From: an uncultured Gemmatimonadales bacterium
GTDB lineage: Bacteria > Gemmatimonadota > Gemmatimonadetes > Gemmatimonadales > GWC2-71-9
Reading direction: 5' to 3'
Assembly: GCA_963723565.1 (NCBI GenBank)
Contig: CAVRRH010000007.1
Location: 236,643-300,642, forward strand
Length of the DNA: 64,000 nucleotides
Shown here: positions 39,675 to 48,672 of the stretch, one piece after another
Numbering within the stretch: position 1 is the stretch's first letter
How the letters are laid out: each line of letters opens with the position of its first letter
Made by a program: the position numbers and the translations under genes
Notes under the pieces: generated by a model
What the model saw: only the letters and a program-made list of their open reading frames with translations
The model's database searches: none
What the model was told of the DNA's origin: nothing

Positions 39675-39918
39675 GTTGTACAGCTTCTCGGCGTCTTTGG
39701 TGGTCCAGGCCGGAGGGGCGACGATGGTGGTGATGGCGCGGCTCCTTAAGGGTTCGTGAGGAAGGGCATTGTAATGTGGTAGGGGGGCCCACCGGGAGTG
39801 GCACCTGCGCTACAGCGCTGAAGACCTCCGACCTCCCCTGCCCCGGACGCCGCCGCCTAACCCGTTGTGCGCTGGCTGTTTCACATTTTCTGCACTCCCG
39901 CTCCCGGTTGCCTGCCAT

Positions 39919-39934
39919 CGGCACAAAGTTCGCA
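39919..39934 (+). promoter_or_regulatory. candidate sigma54 promoter CGGCAC-N5-TCGCA
   Basis: GG and GC are at canonical spacing, with two mismatches in flanking positions. It lies about 75 nt upstream of ATG 40007. Confidence 0.35.
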
Positions 39935-40006
39935 CTTCCGCTGCCCGCAGCCCTGTCCATTACAGCCTGCCGGCAGCACCGCTCGTCCGTAATCAGGAGA
40001 GGTACA

Positions 40007-40690
40007 ATGACTGCACCCAGTCTGATGACTAGCCGTCGGTTTCCCGCAGCCACCAGGCTGCGTTTGCAGCTCGTCTTTGCCCGGGCGTCAGAAGCACTCG
40101 CCGAGACCTATCAACTCCAGGCAGCGGAGTTCGTGAGGCGGCTCAAGCCCCGGCTCTCGGTCGATGAGGCGCTGCAGCGGTACTTCCATGAGGTCGGTGT
40201 GCCGGCTGCGCTCGAGGTAACGGTACGCGCCCGCGCGTTGATCTCTCTTTCCGGTTTGATCGAAAGTGCCCCCAGACAGGAAACGCGTGCCGTGGGATGG
40301 ACCGCCCTGCGACCGGATCTACTTTTGGTCTCACTCCGGCGGCGGGTGCAGCACATCGAGGAGACCAATCTCGAGTGTCGCCTCGCCGCCTCGATTTCCG
40401 ACGAGGCGGTGGCAACCACCCACGTTCGCATGGCGCTGGAGACGGCGCAGGCGCTGGCTGACGAGGTCACGCCGGACGAGGCCATCATGCACTACGTCCG
40501 CACCTTCAATCTCACGTCCATCGATGCCCAGGTGATCTTCCGGAGCGCCATGGCGCACTGGGCCGAGCTTCATCCACTGCCTGGCGAGGCCCACGCGGCG
40601 GCACGGCCAGCCAATCCGGCGCCGAGCCTCAGCAGGCCGTCGCGGGAGCTGCAGCCTCGCACCGAGTTCGGATTGCGAGTGCTCGTGTAG
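40007..40690 (+). CDS. hypothetical protein (227 aa, helical, no TM)
   Basis: ATG 40007 follows AGGAGAGG. No recognisable domain. Confidence 0.45.
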   Translation: MTAPSLMTSRRFPAATRLRLQLVFARASEALAETYQLQAAEFVRRLKPRLSVDEALQRYFHEVGVPAALEVTVRARALISLSGLIESAPRQETRAVGWTALRPDLLLVSLRRRVQHIEETNLECRLAASISDEAVATTHVRMALETAQALADEVTPDEAIMHYVRTFNLTSIDAQVIFRSAMAHWAELHPLPGEAHAAARPANPAPSLSRPSRELQPRTEFGLRVLV

Positions 40691-40768
40691 CCAGGCCGCC
40701 TCCCGCCTTCCCTCCACCGGTATATGTTACGGCGGGGAAGGTTTGGACCAGTGAGAGGCGGTGGCGTG

Positions 40769-41875
40769 ATGAAATGGGTTTACACGATCGGACGGATAGC
40801 GGGCACCGAGATCAAGGTGCACCTGACGTTCGTGCTGTTCCTCGGCTGGTGGGCGTTGTTGGGGTACCGGGAGGGTGGGCCCAGCGGGGCGTTCGCGGCC
40901 GCCCTGCTACTGCTCGCCCTCTTTGCATGCATTCTCCTTCATGAATTCGGGCACATCCTCATGGCGCGCCGCTTCGGCGTGCGCACGCCCGACGTCATCC
41001 TGCTCCCCATCGGCGGCGTCGCCCGCCTCGAGCGCATCCCGGATGAGCCGAGGCAGGAGCTCCTGATCGCGCTGGCCGGGCCCGCGGTCACGGCCGGGCT
41101 TGCACTGATCTTCTATCTCATCCTCCGGCTTACCGGCGGGGACGCAGAAGTGAGTCAGCTGAATCCGCTGGCCCCCTTCCTGACGCAGCTACTGGTGACC
41201 AACGTCTGGCTGCTGCTGTTCAACATGATTCCCGCGTTTCCGATGGACGGGGGCCGGGTACTGCGCGCCCTGCTCGCGAGTCGGTTGGGGCTGGTGCGGG
41301 GAACCCGGGTTGCCGCCTCCCTTGGACAAGGGCTTGCCCTGGCGGGTGGCTTCTACGGCATCACGGTCGGGAATCCGTTCCTGATCCTGATCGCCTTCTT
41401 CGTGTTTCTCGGCGCCACTGCGGAAGCCGAGGCGGTCGAGACCCGGGTCGCGGGTGACGGTCTGCAGGTATCCCAGATGATGGTCACCGACTTCCGCACG
41501 ATTCCGGTCTATGCGACGCTGGCTGATGCAGTCGACCTGCTCCTCAGCGGCGAACAGCGCGAATTTCCGGTGGTGGACAACAGCGGCCGGATCGAAGGGA
41601 TTCTGACGCGCGATAACCTGATCCGGGGGCTCTCCAAGCTCGGTCCAGGAGCGCCGGTGTCCGAAGCGATGACCCCCGGCGTGCCGGTCGTCCTACCGAC
41701 TCTCGGTTTCCGGGACGCACTCGAGCGCCTACGGTCCAGCCGGCTCCCGGCGCTGCCGGTCGTAGATCCGACCGGTGCCCTCGTAGGCCTTCTCAGCGCG
41801 GACAACATTACCGACCTGCTCATGGTCCAGCGCGCGCGGCCTGACGGCCGCGATGCCCTCCGCACCAGGAGCTAA
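40769..41875 (+). CDS. M50-family (site-2 protease-like) metalloprotease with C-terminal CBS pair
   Basis: HEFGH zinc motif in a TM helix, a second TM motif NMIPAFPMDGGRV, then two CBS-like modules. Confidence 0.85.
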   Translation: MKWVYTIGRIAGTEIKVHLTFVLFLGWWALLGYREGGPSGAFAAALLLLALFACILLHEFGHILMARRFGVRTPDVILLPIGGVARLERIPDEPRQELLIALAGPAVTAGLALIFYLILRLTGGDAEVSQLNPLAPFLTQLLVTNVWLLLFNMIPAFPMDGGRVLRALLASRLGLVRGTRVAASLGQGLALAGGFYGITVGNPFLILIAFFVFLGATAEAEAVETRVAGDGLQVSQMMVTDFRTIPVYATLADAVDLLLSGEQREFPVVDNSGRIEGILTRDNLIRGLSKLGPGAPVSEAMTPGVPVVLPTLGFRDALERLRSSRLPALPVVDPTGALVGLLSADNITDLLMVQRARPDGRDALRTRS

Positions 41876-43791
41876 CGCGAGCGGGTGTTATTGGTGCGGT
41901 CGATGTCGGGCAGCACGCTCCGGGGATCCACTACCACGCGTCGAACCGGCTTGCCTCCACGCACCCGGTAGCCAAACCGGGCACCCTGATTCCACATCTC
42001 GACCGGCAGGCGAATCCGCTCGGTTGAGCCATCCGCGTAGCCGACGTCCATCTCCAGGGGCAACGTCATCGTGCCGCGATTGGCCAGGAAGATCTTCTCC
42101 CCGCCATCGGCTGTGCCGACCGAGTCCACGGCCTGATCCAGCCGTGCGGTGGTGAAGACCCAGTCGCGCCAGAACCAATCGAGGTCCATACCCGACGCGT
42201 CCCGCATCAAGCGGAAGAAGTCGGCCGGCGTCGGATGCTTGTAGGCCCAGGCCTTCATATACTCGCGGAAGGCGTGATCGAACCGATCCTTCCCCAGTAC
42301 TTCGTAGCGCAGCGTTTGCATCATCAGTGCCGGCTTCTGATATCCGGTCCAGAAGAGATCCTTGACCTCGACCGGCCGGGCGATGAGCGGCTGCTCCTGG
42401 CCGGGTATTGCGTGATCCCGATAGAGGTGAAGCGGGTGCACCTCGATCGAGTCGCCGTAGGCGGTCCCCGTGAAATAGCGGGCCGCACCGGCCAGGTCGA
42501 TGAAGGTGTTGAACCCTTCGTCCATCCAGGGATAGAGCCGCTCGTTCGATCCGACGATCATCGGCGTCCACTGGTGGCCGAGCTCGTGCGCCAGCACCCA
42601 TTGGCGCTCCTCACGGCTGGGGGCGCGGGGGTCGAAGGTGAGCATCGGGTACTCCATGCCTTCGATCGGGCCCTCGACGCTGGTGATGTGAGGGTAGGGA
42701 TAGGGGTACCACTGCTCGCTGAAGTACTGGAGCGCCTCTCGCACCATCCGGTTGGCTTCCTCCCACTCCGGGGCAGATGGGCGGTACAGCGTGTGGACCA
42801 GGATTCCCCGGTACCCGCTCGCGTCCCAGCGAAGCTCGGGACCGGCCGCAAACGCGAAATCCCGCACGCTGTCGGCAGTGAATCGCCAGGTGAGCTGCCC
42901 GCTGGATGCGGGGCGGGTACGGTCGGCCTGCCCCGCCTCCGATGCGGTGATCACGGCTACCGGGTCCGCCGATCCCGCGGCCCGCGCCAACCGGCCGCGC
43001 TGAGTCGGCGTGAGCACCAGCTCCGGGTTCCGCAGCCTTCCGGTCGCGGCCACGATGTAGCCCGCCGGCAGCGTAAGACTCACGTCGAAGCTGCCGTACT
43101 CGAGATAGAACTCGCCCGCCCCGATATAGGGCTCGTGATTCCAGCCCCGGACATCGTCGTACACCGCCACCCGGGGATACCACTGTGCGATCTGGTAGAG
43201 TGACCCATCGCGTCCCATGCGGCCGGCGCCGTAGTCCGGCACGGTAAAGTGCCAGGCCAGCTCGATATCCAAGGCCCCCCCGGAAGGCAATGCTCGGGGC
43301 AGATCGATCCGCATCGTGGTCCCGTAGACCGTGGGGCGCAGCGTCCGGCCGGTGATGGTCACCCGGTCCAACGTCAGGCCGCCATCAAACCCCTTGCAGG
43401 AGAAGTCGAAGGTGGATCCGAGAAATACCAGGGGTGGCTGATCCAGCTGTTCGGTTATGCCGGCACGACTGCAGATGTTCTGCTCCACAAACATCCACAG
43501 GTAGCGAAGAGCGTCGGGTGAGTTGTTGGTATAGTGGATCGTCTCCCGTCCGCGGATCTGGCGGGTGGCAGTGTCGAGGGTGGCCGCAATCCGATAATCC
43601 GCCCGCTGTTGCCAGTAGCCGCGGCCGGGCCGCCCCGATGCCGAGCGGTAGGGGTTGGGAGACGGAAGCGGCAGCGGGGTGAACGGCGAAGTACTTCCGC
43701 TGGACGGGGTCTGGCTGGGAACTGCTTGCGCGGGCAAGGGACCGGTGGAGACGGCATGAAGAACCAGCAAGCCGGTGATCAGTCGGGCCAT
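41872..43791 (-). CDS. M1-family (aminopeptidase N-like) metallopeptidase, secreted
   Basis: Signal peptide MARLITGLLVLHAV. HELGHQW zinc motif with a downstream WMDEGFNTF glutamate block. Confidence 0.8.
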   Translation of the reverse strand: MARLITGLLVLHAVSTGPLPAQAVPSQTPSSGSTSPFTPLPLPSPNPYRSASGRPGRGYWQQRADYRIAATLDTATRQIRGRETIHYTNNSPDALRYLWMFVEQNICSRAGITEQLDQPPLVFLGSTFDFSCKGFDGGLTLDRVTITGRTLRPTVYGTTMRIDLPRALPSGGALDIELAWHFTVPDYGAGRMGRDGSLYQIAQWYPRVAVYDDVRGWNHEPYIGAGEFYLEYGSFDVSLTLPAGYIVAATGRLRNPELVLTPTQRGRLARAAGSADPVAVITASEAGQADRTRPASSGQLTWRFTADSVRDFAFAAGPELRWDASGYRGILVHTLYRPSAPEWEEANRMVREALQYFSEQWYPYPYPHITSVEGPIEGMEYPMLTFDPRAPSREERQWVLAHELGHQWTPMIVGSNERLYPWMDEGFNTFIDLAGAARYFTGTAYGDSIEVHPLHLYRDHAIPGQEQPLIARPVEVKDLFWTGYQKPALMMQTLRYEVLGKDRFDHAFREYMKAWAYKHPTPADFFRLMRDASGMDLDWFWRDWVFTTARLDQAVDSVGTADGGEKIFLANRGTMTLPLEMDVGYADGSTERIRLPVEMWNQGARFGYRVRGGKPVRRVVVDPRSVLPDIDRTNNTRSR

Positions 43792-43929
43792 TCGACGCTC
43801 CAAGTGGATGGCAGTTCGGGGAGAACATACCGCGGGCAATCAAGGTGGCAACCTCGCGGGGGGACTAGCGGATTTCGTGCCGAGGCCGCATTCTTGGCGC
43901 GCTTCCGTCCACCTCTCACAGGAGTTCGC

Positions 43930-44806
43930 ATGTTTTCGCTACGACCCTTGTCAAGCATCGTGCTAGTTACCGCCTGTACCCTCGCCGGCTGCAAGGCCGA
44001 CCGCCCTTCAACCGATACCCAGGCCTCCTCTGCAACAACAGCCGATGCTCCGAGCGACGCTTCGGCGATCGTCACGGTTACGGCGAACGATTTTTCCTTT
44101 GACGCCCCTGCCCAGGTCCCAGCCGGAGCCGTCACGATCCAGTTGGAGAATCACGGCAAGGAGCTTCACCAGGGACAACTGATCAAGCTGGAAGACGGAA
44201 AAACGGTCCAGGACCTCGCCGCGGCGATGAAGACCCATGGCCCGCCACCCTCCTGGATGAAGTTCGTGGGGGGTCCAAACGGCATCGCGCCGGGGCAGCA
44301 GTCGAACTCCACCTCGGTGCTGGCACCAGGCCAGTATGCCTACATCTGCTTCATTCCCAGCCCGGACGGCGTCGCCCATGCGGCCAAGGGAATGGTCCGG
44401 CCTTTCGAGGTTACCGCTGCCCCTTCAGGTGCCGCGAATACCCTGCCGGAGACTGACGTCACCATCAAGCTGGTGGACTTCGACTTCCAATCCTCCAAGC
44501 CGCTTACGGCGGGTAAGCAGAGGATCATGGTCGAGAACGCGGGACCGCAGGCCCACGAGATCGTCCTGGTCAAGCTCGCTCCGGGCAAGACGATCGAGGA
44601 CTTTGCAACCTGGGCCAAGAGCATGAAGGGCCCACCCCCCGCCGAGCCCATGGGCGGTGTGGGGGTGCTCGACAAGGGAATGCGCGGCACCTTTACCGCG
44701 GATCTCACCGCGGGAGACTACGGCCTCATTTGTTTCGTCCCGGATGCGAAGGACGGCAAGATGCACCTGGAGCACGGGATGATGAAGGAGCATCAAGGTG
44801 AGCTGA
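43930..44806 (+). CDS. lipoprotein with two cupredoxin-like repeats (3' frameshift as sequenced)
   Basis: AGGAG lies 5 nt before ATG 43930. Lipobox LAGC. There are two similar halves, each with a Cys..His..Met pattern (YICFIPSPDGVAHAAKGM and LICFVPDAKDGKMHLEHGM). Removing C 44791 gives ..MMKEIKVS-stop at 44806. Confidence 0.6.
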
Positions 44807-45317
44807 GGCAGGCTTCCTTTTCGAAAGTCCTCCGGCGAGCACTCGAAACCATTCTCGTGCCCAGAGGCCCGCGCCCCGAGTGCGGGCCTCGTTTTGCGCC
44901 CGCCTGAATCGCTCCGCATACTTGATGTTAGGCGGCACAGTGTAAAGCACGGCCCAGCCGCCGCGAACCATGGCCTCATTCACCAGGGTGGGCCCTGCCC
45001 AGACGTAGGCCAGCAGCCGGCCATAGCGGTCGGTGAGCGCGACGATCATACTCCAGCGTTACTCCGGAGCCGCGCGGAAGGAGGCGGAGAAGCGCGTGTT
45101 GAGCCTCGCTCCCGAATGGGCGCTGGTCCCGTTCAGGACTGTCGATGCCGATTAGGCGCACTCTTCGTCCGTCTGAGCAGCGAAACGAGTCGCCATCGGC
45201 GACCTGGCGCACCAGGCAGCGCGCCTCCTGTTGTACCGGCTGCTGTGCACCAGCGCACGCGAGGGGAGTAGCCGCGAGAGCAAGACGCAGCACAATGGAA
45301 GTGGCGCCGTTCGGCAT
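44793..45317 (-). CDS. thermonuclease (SNase-like) family secreted nuclease (about 3 frameshifts as sequenced)
   Basis: VADGDSFRCSDGRRVRLIGIDSPE is in ORF 44976..45401. DRYGRLLAYVWAG..VNEAMVRGGWA..AQNEARTRGAGLW is in ORF 44726..45049. The 3' end is approximate. Confidence 0.7.
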
Positions 45318-45373
45318 GGGTCTCCTGGACCGGCTTGGGGTTGCGAACATGCATTGCAGCCCGCTACTGAGTA

Positions 45374-45474
45374 ACACGAAAACACGAAAGGGCGAAAGCA
45401 CGAAAACAGCAAAACGCTAAAGGAGGGAACCACAAAAACGAATAGCTTTCGAAATGCTGTTGCTTTTTTCTGTG
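45374..45474. repeat. A-rich octamer array (ACACGAAA units) with a partial inverted partner
   Basis: ACACGAAAACACGAAAGGGCGAAAGCACGAAAACAGCAAAACGC (45374-45417) and GCTGTTGCTTTTTTCTGTG (45456-45474). The unit resembles the CACGGAAAAG units of the 56684 element. Confidence 0.55.
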
Positions 45475-45492
45475 ACCTGAGGCCTCACGTCA

Positions 45493-46443
45493 ATGGCAGC
45501 TTTCTCCCCGAGTAACCCTGGATTGCATGTGGCGGTGAGCGGCGCCAGCGGCTTGATCGGCGGCGCCCTGGTCCGGCATTTGACCACGAAGGGACACCGG
45601 GCGCGCCCGCTCGTGCGGCGGGCGCCAGGGCCGGGCGAGATCGGCTGGGATCCAGCCGCCGGCCGCCTCGACCCGAGCGATCTGGAGGGCCTAGACGCCG
45701 TCGTGCACCTCGCCGGCGAGAACGTGGGCGTGCGCTGGACTAGAGCCCGCAAGGCGCGCATCCGCGACAGCCGGATTCAAGGGACCCGCGTCCTGAGCGA
45801 GGCTCTCGCCCGCACCCGCCGGCGCCCCGCAGTGCTGGTCTCTGCTTCCGCCATTGGCATCTACGGCGATCGAGGCGACGAGATCCTCACCGAGAGCAGT
45901 GCACTCGGGCCGCGGGAGGATTTCCTGGCCGCCGTCGGACAGGAATGGGAGAACGCCGCGGCCCCGGCTCGGACTGCCGGAATTCGAGTCGTGCACCCGA
46001 GGTTCGGCGTGGTGCTCAGTCCAGCCGGGGGCGCCTTGGGGAAGATGCTGCTGCCGTTCCGGTTAGGGCTCGGCGGGCTGCTGGGGGACGGATCGCAGTG
46101 GATGAGCTGGATCTCGATCGACGATGTGGTGGGCGCTCTCCTGCACCTGGTGCTGAACGAGACACTGTCCGGTCCGGTGAACGTTACCGCCCCCGAGCCG
46201 CTTCGGAATCGAGATTTCACCCGAACCCTCGGCCGGGTGCTCTCCCGTCCGACCTTGCTTCCAGTTCCCTCCGCAGCTCTCCGCCTGGTCTTGGGAGAGA
46301 TGGCCGACTCCACACTGCTCGCCAGCACACGGGTGCTGCCTGGCCGTCTGCTGGAGTCCGGGTATCGCTTCACTCATCCCGACCTCGAGACCGCCTTGCG
46401 CCATGTGCTCCGGCAGGATCGTGGAGCTATTTTTCCCCTATGA
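45493..46443 (+). CDS. TIGR01777/YfcH-like epimerase-family protein (SDR fold plus DUF1731)
   Basis: Intact 316-aa ORF with [12 protein letters not shown] Rossmann motif and the C-terminal ..[23 protein letters not shown] block. Confidence 0.8.
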   Translation: MAAFSPSNPGLHVAVSGASGLIGGALVRHLTTKGHRARPLVRRAPGPGEIGWDPAAGRLDPSDLEGLDAVVHLAGENVGVRWTRARKARIRDSRIQGTRVLSEALARTRRRPAVLVSASAIGIYGDRGDEILTESSALGPREDFLAAVGQEWENAAAPARTAGIRVVHPRFGVVLSPAGGALGKMLLPFRLGLGGLLGDGSQWMSWISIDDVVGALLHLVLNETLSGPVNVTAPEPLRNRDFTRTLGRVLSRPTLLPVPSAALRLVLGEMADSTLLASTRVLPGRLLESGYRFTHPDLETALRHVLRQDRGAIFPL

Positions 46444-47147
46444 GCGGACCAAAGGCTGTGGTTCTTCTGAGCGGCGGGATAGACTCGACAACGGTCGCGG
46501 CGATTGCACTCAGCCGGGACTTCGACGTACACGCGCTCACCTTCCGCTACGGGCAGCGACACAAGGCCGAGGTCGAGGCGGCCCGGCGGGTGGCCGAGCG
46601 GCTCGGAATTCGCCGGCACGTGGTCCTGGATATCGACCTGCGGGCCTTCGGTGGCTCTGCCCTCACCGGCGACGTAGATGTGCCCAAGGACACGCCCATC
46701 GATGAGATCGGGGACCGAATTCCGTCAACGTATGTCCCGGCACGCAATACGATCTTTCTGGCATTCGCAGTAGCCTGGTCCGAGGTGCTCGGTGCATCCG
46801 ACATCTTCCTCGGTGCCAATGCCCTGGATTACAGCGGGTACCCCGATTGCCGTCCGGAGTACATCCAGTCATTTCAGACGATGGCCAACCTGGCCACCCG
46901 CGCGGGGGTGGAGGGCGGCCAGAGACTCACGATTCATACCCCACTCATCGCTCTCTCCAAGCGCGAGATCATCGAGCAGGGCTTGCGGCTCGGCGTGGAC
47001 TTTGGAATCACCCGGACGTGCTACGACCCGTCCCCGGAAGGAGCGGCGTGCGGGAGGTGCGAGGCCTGCCTGCTTCGCCTAAAGGGGTTCAGGGAAGCAG
47101 GGATGGAAGATCCAGCGCCGTATCAAACGGTGAGCGGTAAGCGGTGA
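46440..47147 (+). CDS. queC: 7-cyano-7-deazaguanine synthase
   Basis: ATGA overlap with the upstream gene. [14 protein letters not shown]-loop and a C-terminal Cys cluster [17 protein letters not shown]. The last 6 codons and the stop are repeat-arm sequence. Confidence 0.92.
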   Translation: MSGPKAVVLLSGGIDSTTVAAIALSRDFDVHALTFRYGQRHKAEVEAARRVAERLGIRRHVVLDIDLRAFGGSALTGDVDVPKDTPIDEIGDRIPSTYVPARNTIFLAFAVAWSEVLGASDIFLGANALDYSGYPDCRPEYIQSFQTMANLATRAGVEGGQRLTIHTPLIALSKREIIEQGLRLGVDFGITRTCYDPSPEGAACGRCEACLLRLKGFREAGMEDPAPYQTVSGKR

Positions 47148-47266
47148 GCGGTAAGCGGGAGAACAAGGTGCATATGCTCCTCTTCATCCACTTTGCGGTC
47201 GTGGGCTCGGGCTGCGGAAGCAGAATGGTGAGCCCCCGCTCACCGCTCACCGCTTACCGCTCACGC
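47127..47266. repeat. palindrome with (GGTGAGC/GGTAAGC)x4 arms between queC and queE
   Basis: Left arm ACGGTGAGCGGTAAGCGGTGAGCGGTAAGCGGG (47127-47159); right arm CCCGCTCACCGCTCACCGCTTACCGCTCACGC (47235-47266). There is one mismatch over the inner 3 units and a 75-nt spacer. Confidence 0.85.
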
Positions 47267-47271
47267 TTTAT

Positions 47272-47907
47272 ATGACTTACGCGGTCAAGGAAATCTTCTA
47301 CACCCTCCAGGGGGAAGGCGCCAACACCGGGCGCGCCGCGGTCTTCTGCCGCTTCGCTGGCTGTAACCTGTGGACCGGCCGCGAGCGTGACCGAGCCGAG
47401 GCCATCTGCCAGTTCTGCGACACCGATTTCGTGGGAACCGACGGTCCTGGTGGCGGTAGCTTCCCCACCCCGGAGGCGCTGGCGGCGGCGGTTTCGGCCG
47501 CGTGGCCCGAAAGCGAGTCCGGGAAGCGATTCGTTGTCTGCACCGGGGGAGAACCGCTGCTCCAGCTCGATGCCCCGCTACTGGCAGCGCTACACGACGC
47601 CGGGTTCGAAGTCGCCATCGAGACCAACGGTACTCTCCCGCTGGTCGAGGGCATCGACTGGGTGTGCGTGAGCCCCAAAGCCGACTCGAAGCTGGTGGTC
47701 GGGACCGGTGACGAGATCAAGCTGGTGTTTCCTCAGGCAGAGGCCGAGCCTGAGCGGTTCGAGCGACTTGACTTCCAGCATTTCTTCCTTCAGCCGATGG
47801 ATGGGCCGAACCGACAGGCTAACACTGAGGCCGCCCTGCGCTATTGCCTCGCGCATCCACGCTGGCGGCTGAGCCTGCAGACGCATAAGCTTCTCGGAAT
47901 TCCGTGA
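47272..47907 (+). CDS. queE: 7-carboxy-7-deazaguanine synthase (radical SAM)
   Basis: Intact 211-aa ORF with TLQGEG and the CRFAGCNLWTG..C..C radical-SAM cluster region. Confidence 0.92.
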   Translation: MTYAVKEIFYTLQGEGANTGRAAVFCRFAGCNLWTGRERDRAEAICQFCDTDFVGTDGPGGGSFPTPEALAAAVSAAWPESESGKRFVVCTGGEPLLQLDAPLLAALHDAGFEVAIETNGTLPLVEGIDWVCVSPKADSKLVVGTGDEIKLVFPQAEAEPERFERLDFQHFFLQPMDGPNRQANTEAALRYCLAHPRWRLSLQTHKLLGIP

Positions 47908-48049
47908 GCGGGAAAGCGGGGAAGCAGGGAAGCGGGGAAGGATGCGTTGGTGCGTCACGCGCCGCCGCCGTACCAGCTCTCTTATCATCCCCTACCTTTT
48001 AAGGGCAGACTTCCCTGCCCTGCTTCCCCGCTTCCCCGCTTCCCCGCTG
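47906..48049. repeat. palindrome with (GGGGAAGC)x4 arms between queE and the HD-domain gene
   Basis: Left arm GAGCGGGAAAGCGGGGAAGCAGGGAAGCGGGGAAGG (47906-47941); right arm CTTCCCTGCCCTGCTTCCCCGCTTCCCCGCTTCCCCGCTG (48010-48049). It begins within the queE stop codon and ends 5 nt before the next ATG. Confidence 0.85.
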
Positions 48050-48054
48050 AGATC

Positions 48055-48672
48055 ATGCACGCCTACTCCGATCGCATCAGTCACGCGTTCGCCTTTGCCG
48101 CGAAGTACTATGGCGCGGTGGCCCCGGCCGGCTCGGGCATGGACTACCTGGCCCACCCAGCCAACGTCGCGGTCATTCTGGCCAGGTACGGCTGTGATCA
48201 GATCACCATCGTGAGCGGAATCCTGCACCATGTGCTGGAGGAAGCCGTGCCGGACAAGCGGCCGGTGCTCGAGCGCAAAATCGCCGACAAGTTCGGATCG
48301 GTAGCGCTCGCCGTGGCCAAGGACGCCCTGGAGCCCAAGTTCGACCGCCGGGGCGGTGAGCGCGCCTGGCAGGCACGCAAGCAGGAGTATCTGGGCCAAC
48401 TGGCCATTGCCGAACCCCGGGCGCTCGACATCTGCGTGGCGGACGAGATTCACGCCTGCGGCTCCACGGTGACCGCCCTGCGCCGGCTCGGGGTGGAATA
48501 TCTGCGAACGGTGTCTCGAGCCGGCTCGCATCAGACTATCTGGTGGTACCGCTCCATGCTCGAGATCCTGGCGACCCGTTCCGACTGGCCTCAGCGAGAG
48601 ATGATGACCGAACTGCGACTGATGAGCGCGGACCTCGTCCGCAGCCTGCGCGAGAGAGAAGAGGATCTGTGA
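48055..48672 (+). CDS. HD-superfamily protein (SpoT/Mesh1-like fold, degenerate HD motif)
   Basis: Start at MHAYSDRISHAF. Has HPANVAVILA and ILHHVLEE where RelA/SpoT hydrolases have HP..VA and LHDv.ED. Confidence 0.55.
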   Translation: MHAYSDRISHAFAFAAKYYGAVAPAGSGMDYLAHPANVAVILARYGCDQITIVSGILHHVLEEAVPDKRPVLERKIADKFGSVALAVAKDALEPKFDRRGGERAWQARKQEYLGQLAIAEPRALDICVADEIHACGSTVTALRRLGVEYLRTVSRAGSHQTIWWYRSMLEILATRSDWPQREMMTELRLMSADLVRSLREREEDL

